A DNA stretch of 64,000 nucleotides. Source: the human T2T-CHM13v2.0 reference genome, Homo sapiens. The notes below the pieces were generated by a model, which was not told the DNA's origin, did not search any database, and was given only the letters and a program-made list of their open reading frames with translations. The translations under genes were made by a program, and so were the position numbers. Shown piece by piece: positions 59,340-64,000 of the stretch (the first letter of the stretch is position 1; every line of letters starts with the position of its first letter). Location of the stretch: assembly GCF_009914755.1 (NCBI RefSeq), contig NC_060928.1, one strand, 5' to 3'.

Positions 59340-62300
59340 ATGCTATTGCATAGACTCCCAACTCTGTGAGCAGAAAATAACTATAAAAAGTGGACATAGT
59401 AAACAAGCCACTACATGAAGGCCCTAAAGACAGAACAAATGCAGTTAAATACTTACAGGGAGTCTGCATCACCATCAGTGGAGGAGGGGTCCAGAGAAAG
59501 AAATAACAAGCATGGAAACTGTAAATATTAGGTAAATATGAAAAAGTATTTTGTCTTCTTCTTAATTACTATGTAATTCAAAAATTTGTTTAACGCTAAG
59601 TTTGTAGCATTATTTTGTAGGGTTACAGAACATATAAATAAAATACTAAAACTAGCACATAAAAGATAGGGTAGGGGTGATCATCTCGTGGCTGAAGAGT
59701 TTCTATATTTAATTTGTAGTAGTATCATAATAACAGCAACAATTGGGAAAACTAAGTATTTATATTGTAATCCCCTGAACAAACACAAACAATGAGTCAT
59801 AAAAGTATGAGTTTTTAGTATAGCAAAATACTCAAAAAAGAAGAAACATTAAAGAAAAAAAGTAGGACAAATGAAACCTAATAACAAAATGGTAATTCAA
59901 CTCAACTATATTAATAATTATACTAAATGTGCAATTAAATAGAAAGGGTTTGTCAGATTGGATTAAATAAGCAAGACCTACTTATTTGCTGTCTACAAGA
60001 TATGCACTATAAGCATAAATGTTTGAAAGAAAATTCATGGAAAAACATACTACACATACAGCAGAAAAAAGGATGAGATGACTAAATCAATATCAGATAA
60101 ATATATTTTAATAAACATAATTAATCATTCAAGATAAAAATAGTGTTTAATATTTTTAAAAGGATCAACTTATCAGAAAGAAAAAATAATTACAAAAATG
60201 TTTTGCCTAATAGCAGGGCTTCAAAATACATTAAAAAAATACACAATTACCAAAGCATATTTAGTGATTTTAACACCATTTCTTAGCAATTGTCAAAATA
60301 AATTGACAAAAAATGTTACCAAATATACAGAAAATCTGAGCAATACTATGAACTGTGTTGACCTAGTTGATATTTATAGAACACTTTTTTTTCAAGTATT
60401 CATATGAATACTTGAAATTATCCACTAGAGTATACCATTTACTGGGCCAAAAAAAGTCCTTAAATTTAAAAATTGTAATCAAACAGAGTTTATTTATCAG
60501 AAAATGTTGAATTACATTAAAAATTAACAAGTATAAGACAACTAGGTAAACCCGAATATTTAAATTTATGATAAAATACAACTTTAAACAATGTAATTTT
60601 ACATAGCACTGTTCAAAAGTGAAATCACTGGGAAAATAGAAAATATTACCAACTAAATAATAATAAAACATAACAATATATGAGAAAAGTAAGTAAAGCA
60701 GTGCTTAATAAAAATTCATAGCTTTTAACACATATTAGAAATATAGAAAGTTCTAAAATCAATGTTTCCAACTTAAGAAACTCGTAATCAAAAAATAAAC
60801 GCTAAGTAGATAGAGAGAAATGCCTAAGAGCAAAAGTTGATTATACATAAAATAAGCAGAGGAGAAATCAATAAAACCAAGTGCTAATTCTTTGAAAAAA
60901 AATCTACAAAATTGGTAAAATGATACACAAGCAGATAAAGAAATAGAGAAATTGCAAATGACCAATATCAAGATAGAATCAGAAGACATCACTAAAGGCC
61001 CTACAGACATTAATAGGATAATAACAGAATAGAATTAATAACTTTATGCAATAAATTTGACAACTTAGATAAAGTGGACAAATTTACTGAAATATAAAAA
61101 TGCTACAACTGTCTAAGAAAATGTAGAAAACGTGAAAAGACCTATATTAAATAAAGAAATTGAATTTATAATTGAAAACCTTACCTTCAAAGAAAAGCTA
61201 AAGCTCAAATGTTCTCATTGGTGAATTATTTCAAATATTCTAGAAAGACATTATAATGATCTCTTATAAATTCTGTCAGAAAATAAAATGGGGAGGGATA
61301 ATATTTCAACTGAATTTAGGATTCCAGTGTTAACACTGACCTCAACATTTTTTCCAAACATTGTGGACATCACAAGAAGGGAGATCCACAGAGTAAAATT
61401 TCTTATGAAAATAGATGCAAGATCTTTAACAAAATTTTAGCAAATTGAATTCAGTCATTTACCAAGAGGATCATGCATCATGAATAAGTGGAAGTTATCA
61501 TGGAAATGTAGTACAATTTTAATGTCTGAAAATCCATTAATATAACTTAATCATGTTAATACTAAAAGGAAGAAAAATTATGTACAGAGTACATAATTAG
61601 GATATCAAAAAAGATCTTGAAAAAAATTTAATATTGATTCATGTTAAAATTTTGCAGGGCCCAGCATGGTGATTCTCACCTGCAATTCAAGTGTTTTGGG
61701 AGGCCAAGCCAGGAGGATTACTTGAAGCCAGGAGTTTGAGACCAGCCTGGGCAATATAGCAGGACCCTGTCTCTATAAAAAAATGACATAAAATGTTAGC
61801 CAGGTATGGTAGTGCATGCCTGTAGTCCTAGCTACTTGGGAGGCTAAGGTGGGAGGATCGCTTGAGCTCAGGAGTTTGAAGTTAGAGTGAGCTATGATCC
61901 TGCCACAGCACTCAAGCCTGGATGACAGAGCAAGAGCCTGTCTCTAATAATAATTATAGTAAGTAATAGTAGTAGTAATTTTTTAAAGCTTCAGCAAACT
62001 ATAAATAGAAATGAATTCCCCCAGTGTAATAGAAGGCAACTAAAAAAAACCCACAGATAATATAAAATCTATGATAAAATTCTCAAGCCTTTCCACTTAA
62101 GATCAGGACAAAGTCAGGACATCTGTCATGAATTCTATCTACTACTATCTACTGGAGAGTATAGTCAGTGCATTAAGGCTGGAAAAAGAAATAATGGTAA
62201 CGTATATTGGAGTACAGCATGTAAAATTGTATTTATTCACATGCATCATAATTATGTAAAGGAAAATCCTAAATTCAATGTAACATCTATTAGAATCCTA

Positions 62301-63250
62301 GAAAATATGTTTGGAAGAAAGAAAAGCAAGTCCAAAGATTATTTGAAAATGAAAATCATCTAGAATAGTGTATTGAATTTTGAAAAAGAACAACAGTAGA
62401 TAACTCATATTGCTTCAAATATTTACTATTGTAGCTACAGTAATCAAGATAGGCTAACATTTAATAGATATATGATTAATGGGACCAAATATAGATTCCA
62501 GACACCTATTTGTTCCATTGATTTTTTTTTTGCAAAGATGCCAAGGTAATTCAATAAGGAATAATAATATTTTCAATAAGTGGTATTTAAAAGACTGAAT
62601 ATTTGTATGAAAATAAAATGGAATGAACCTGTGCCTCACATAAAATGTATCAAAATCTACCTTTCTATCTCTTTATCACTCTCTGAGCTAAAGTTCTACA
62701 ATTTGTATAAGAAAACAAAGAAGGAAACCTTTGTGACATTGAGTTAGGAAAAGATTTCTTAAACAAGACAAAAAACTGAATCATACAAAAAAATCAGTGA
62801 GGCAGACTTCAAAAAGTTAGTCTTTTGTAATTCTTTTCTTTATAAGAAAATGAGAAGGTAAGCCACAGATTGGAGGACAAATTATAAAATCTATATCTGA
62901 CAAAAGTCTTCGAAAAAGTTTTCTTTTCAAAAGAAACCCAAACTTGGAAAAACACAAATGTTTTTCGTCTGATAAATGGATAAACAATTGTAGTACAAAA
63001 TATTGTTACAGTGAAACAACGTAGATGAATCTCAAAATATTAGTCTAATATGAGAGGCTATAGTGTAATATTTATAGCTTTATTGACATGAAATTCTAGA
63101 AAATGAGACCCACAGTTAAAAAAAAATAATGGTTTACAGAGAGTCAGAGAAAGACATGAATTGTAAATATTTCAATCTATATCTTTATCTTGGTGATGGC
63201 AAAGAGTTTATGAAAACATATACCAAAAATGGAAGAATTCTACTGTATTA
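59340..63250 (+). mobile_element. Ancient L1M/L1ME, heavily decayed
   Basis: A-rich with ORF2 remnants (ttatgcaataaatttgacaacttagataaagtggacaaattt; ttccacttaagatcaggacaaag). Confidence 0.75.
61658..61978 (+). mobile_element. AluJ with (TAA/TAG)n tail
   Basis: AluJ diagnostics gggcaatatagcaggaccctgtctct and ggaggatcgcttgagc. Confidence 0.9.
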
Positions 63251-64000
63251 TAAAATATTGTTATACAAATGAAGAGAAAAATCAGTAAGTCAGACGTGCT
63301 AAATTTTAGGTGATGAGAATGCTGTTGCGGTATAACTATGATAGAACTGAATATCTTAGTTTGACTTGTGTGTTGAAGGCTGGTAGAGGTAACTTAATCT
63401 TAACTTCTGATTTTCAACACTACCAGAAAAGCTGAATTAACAGAGAAAAATAAAGAATAATTTTGAGAGTCTTGAACCTCAGTTTCAAGACTCAATTATC
63501 TAGTCTGTCTGACCTACCGCTCCTTCCTCACTGATTGTAGGAGGATCTTCCATCACTCAATATCAGTTTCCTTTCATAAAATTGTATCAGGTTTCAGTAT
63601 TCCTCAAGAAAAATCTATTTGCCACATATGTGGATCATGTTACCTAGAGTTGTCCATCAAAAAAACAGCTCAAACGAAAGCAAATACACCGCCTAGCATT
63701 TTTCCTTTTCTATTTGGAGCTTTTATTTTAAATTCATCATTCATTTCCTTAACCATAGCCTTCCATACTGTTATATTAACCAGATTGTATAATTTCTCAA
63801 GTATGAAGCTCTATTTAGGAGTTGTAGTAATATGGAACATTTCCCTTGCTACTAAAAATTGGTAGAAAATGTAATGCATTAAGTCAAGCAGAGAAAGACA
63901 GATTGCAAACTGCCAGTGATTTACATGATAGAATTAAAGAATATACATAGATATATAAAAACACATTCTGCCCAACTTAGAAATTAGAAGCACCACAACT

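Overview
AT-rich, repeat-dense human genomic DNA. A perfect AluYa5 and an L1Hs-Ta element, both human-specific, indicate the species. It is most likely intergenic or deep intronic: I found no host protein-coding exon, RNA gene or CRISPR array. The long ORFs in the track (>150 aa) come from L1 or THE1/MaLR; the shorter ones are repeat-derived or chance. Main content: an old minus-strand L1 (~3.9-12.3 kb) with nested THE1, AluYa5, ERV1 LTR and Alu; an ERVL internal fragment; a twin-primed L1MA interrupted by an L1PA15/16-like element; a young 1.76-kb L1Hs Ta-1 with a ~4.3-kb internal deletion; a full THE1B; a full-length defective L1PA2/3; and older L1M, L2, MIR, MaLR and DNA-transposon relics. 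I cannot support a wholly new biological system. The best leads are (i) the promoter-retaining mini-L1 Ta-1 with an open ORF2 C-terminal frame, (ii) an L1 ORF0 whose second splice donor has become a perfect consensus while gaining a stop codon, and (iii) several local templated insertions, fold-backs and an inversion. Repeat subfamily names come from recalled consensus sequences, not a database search.
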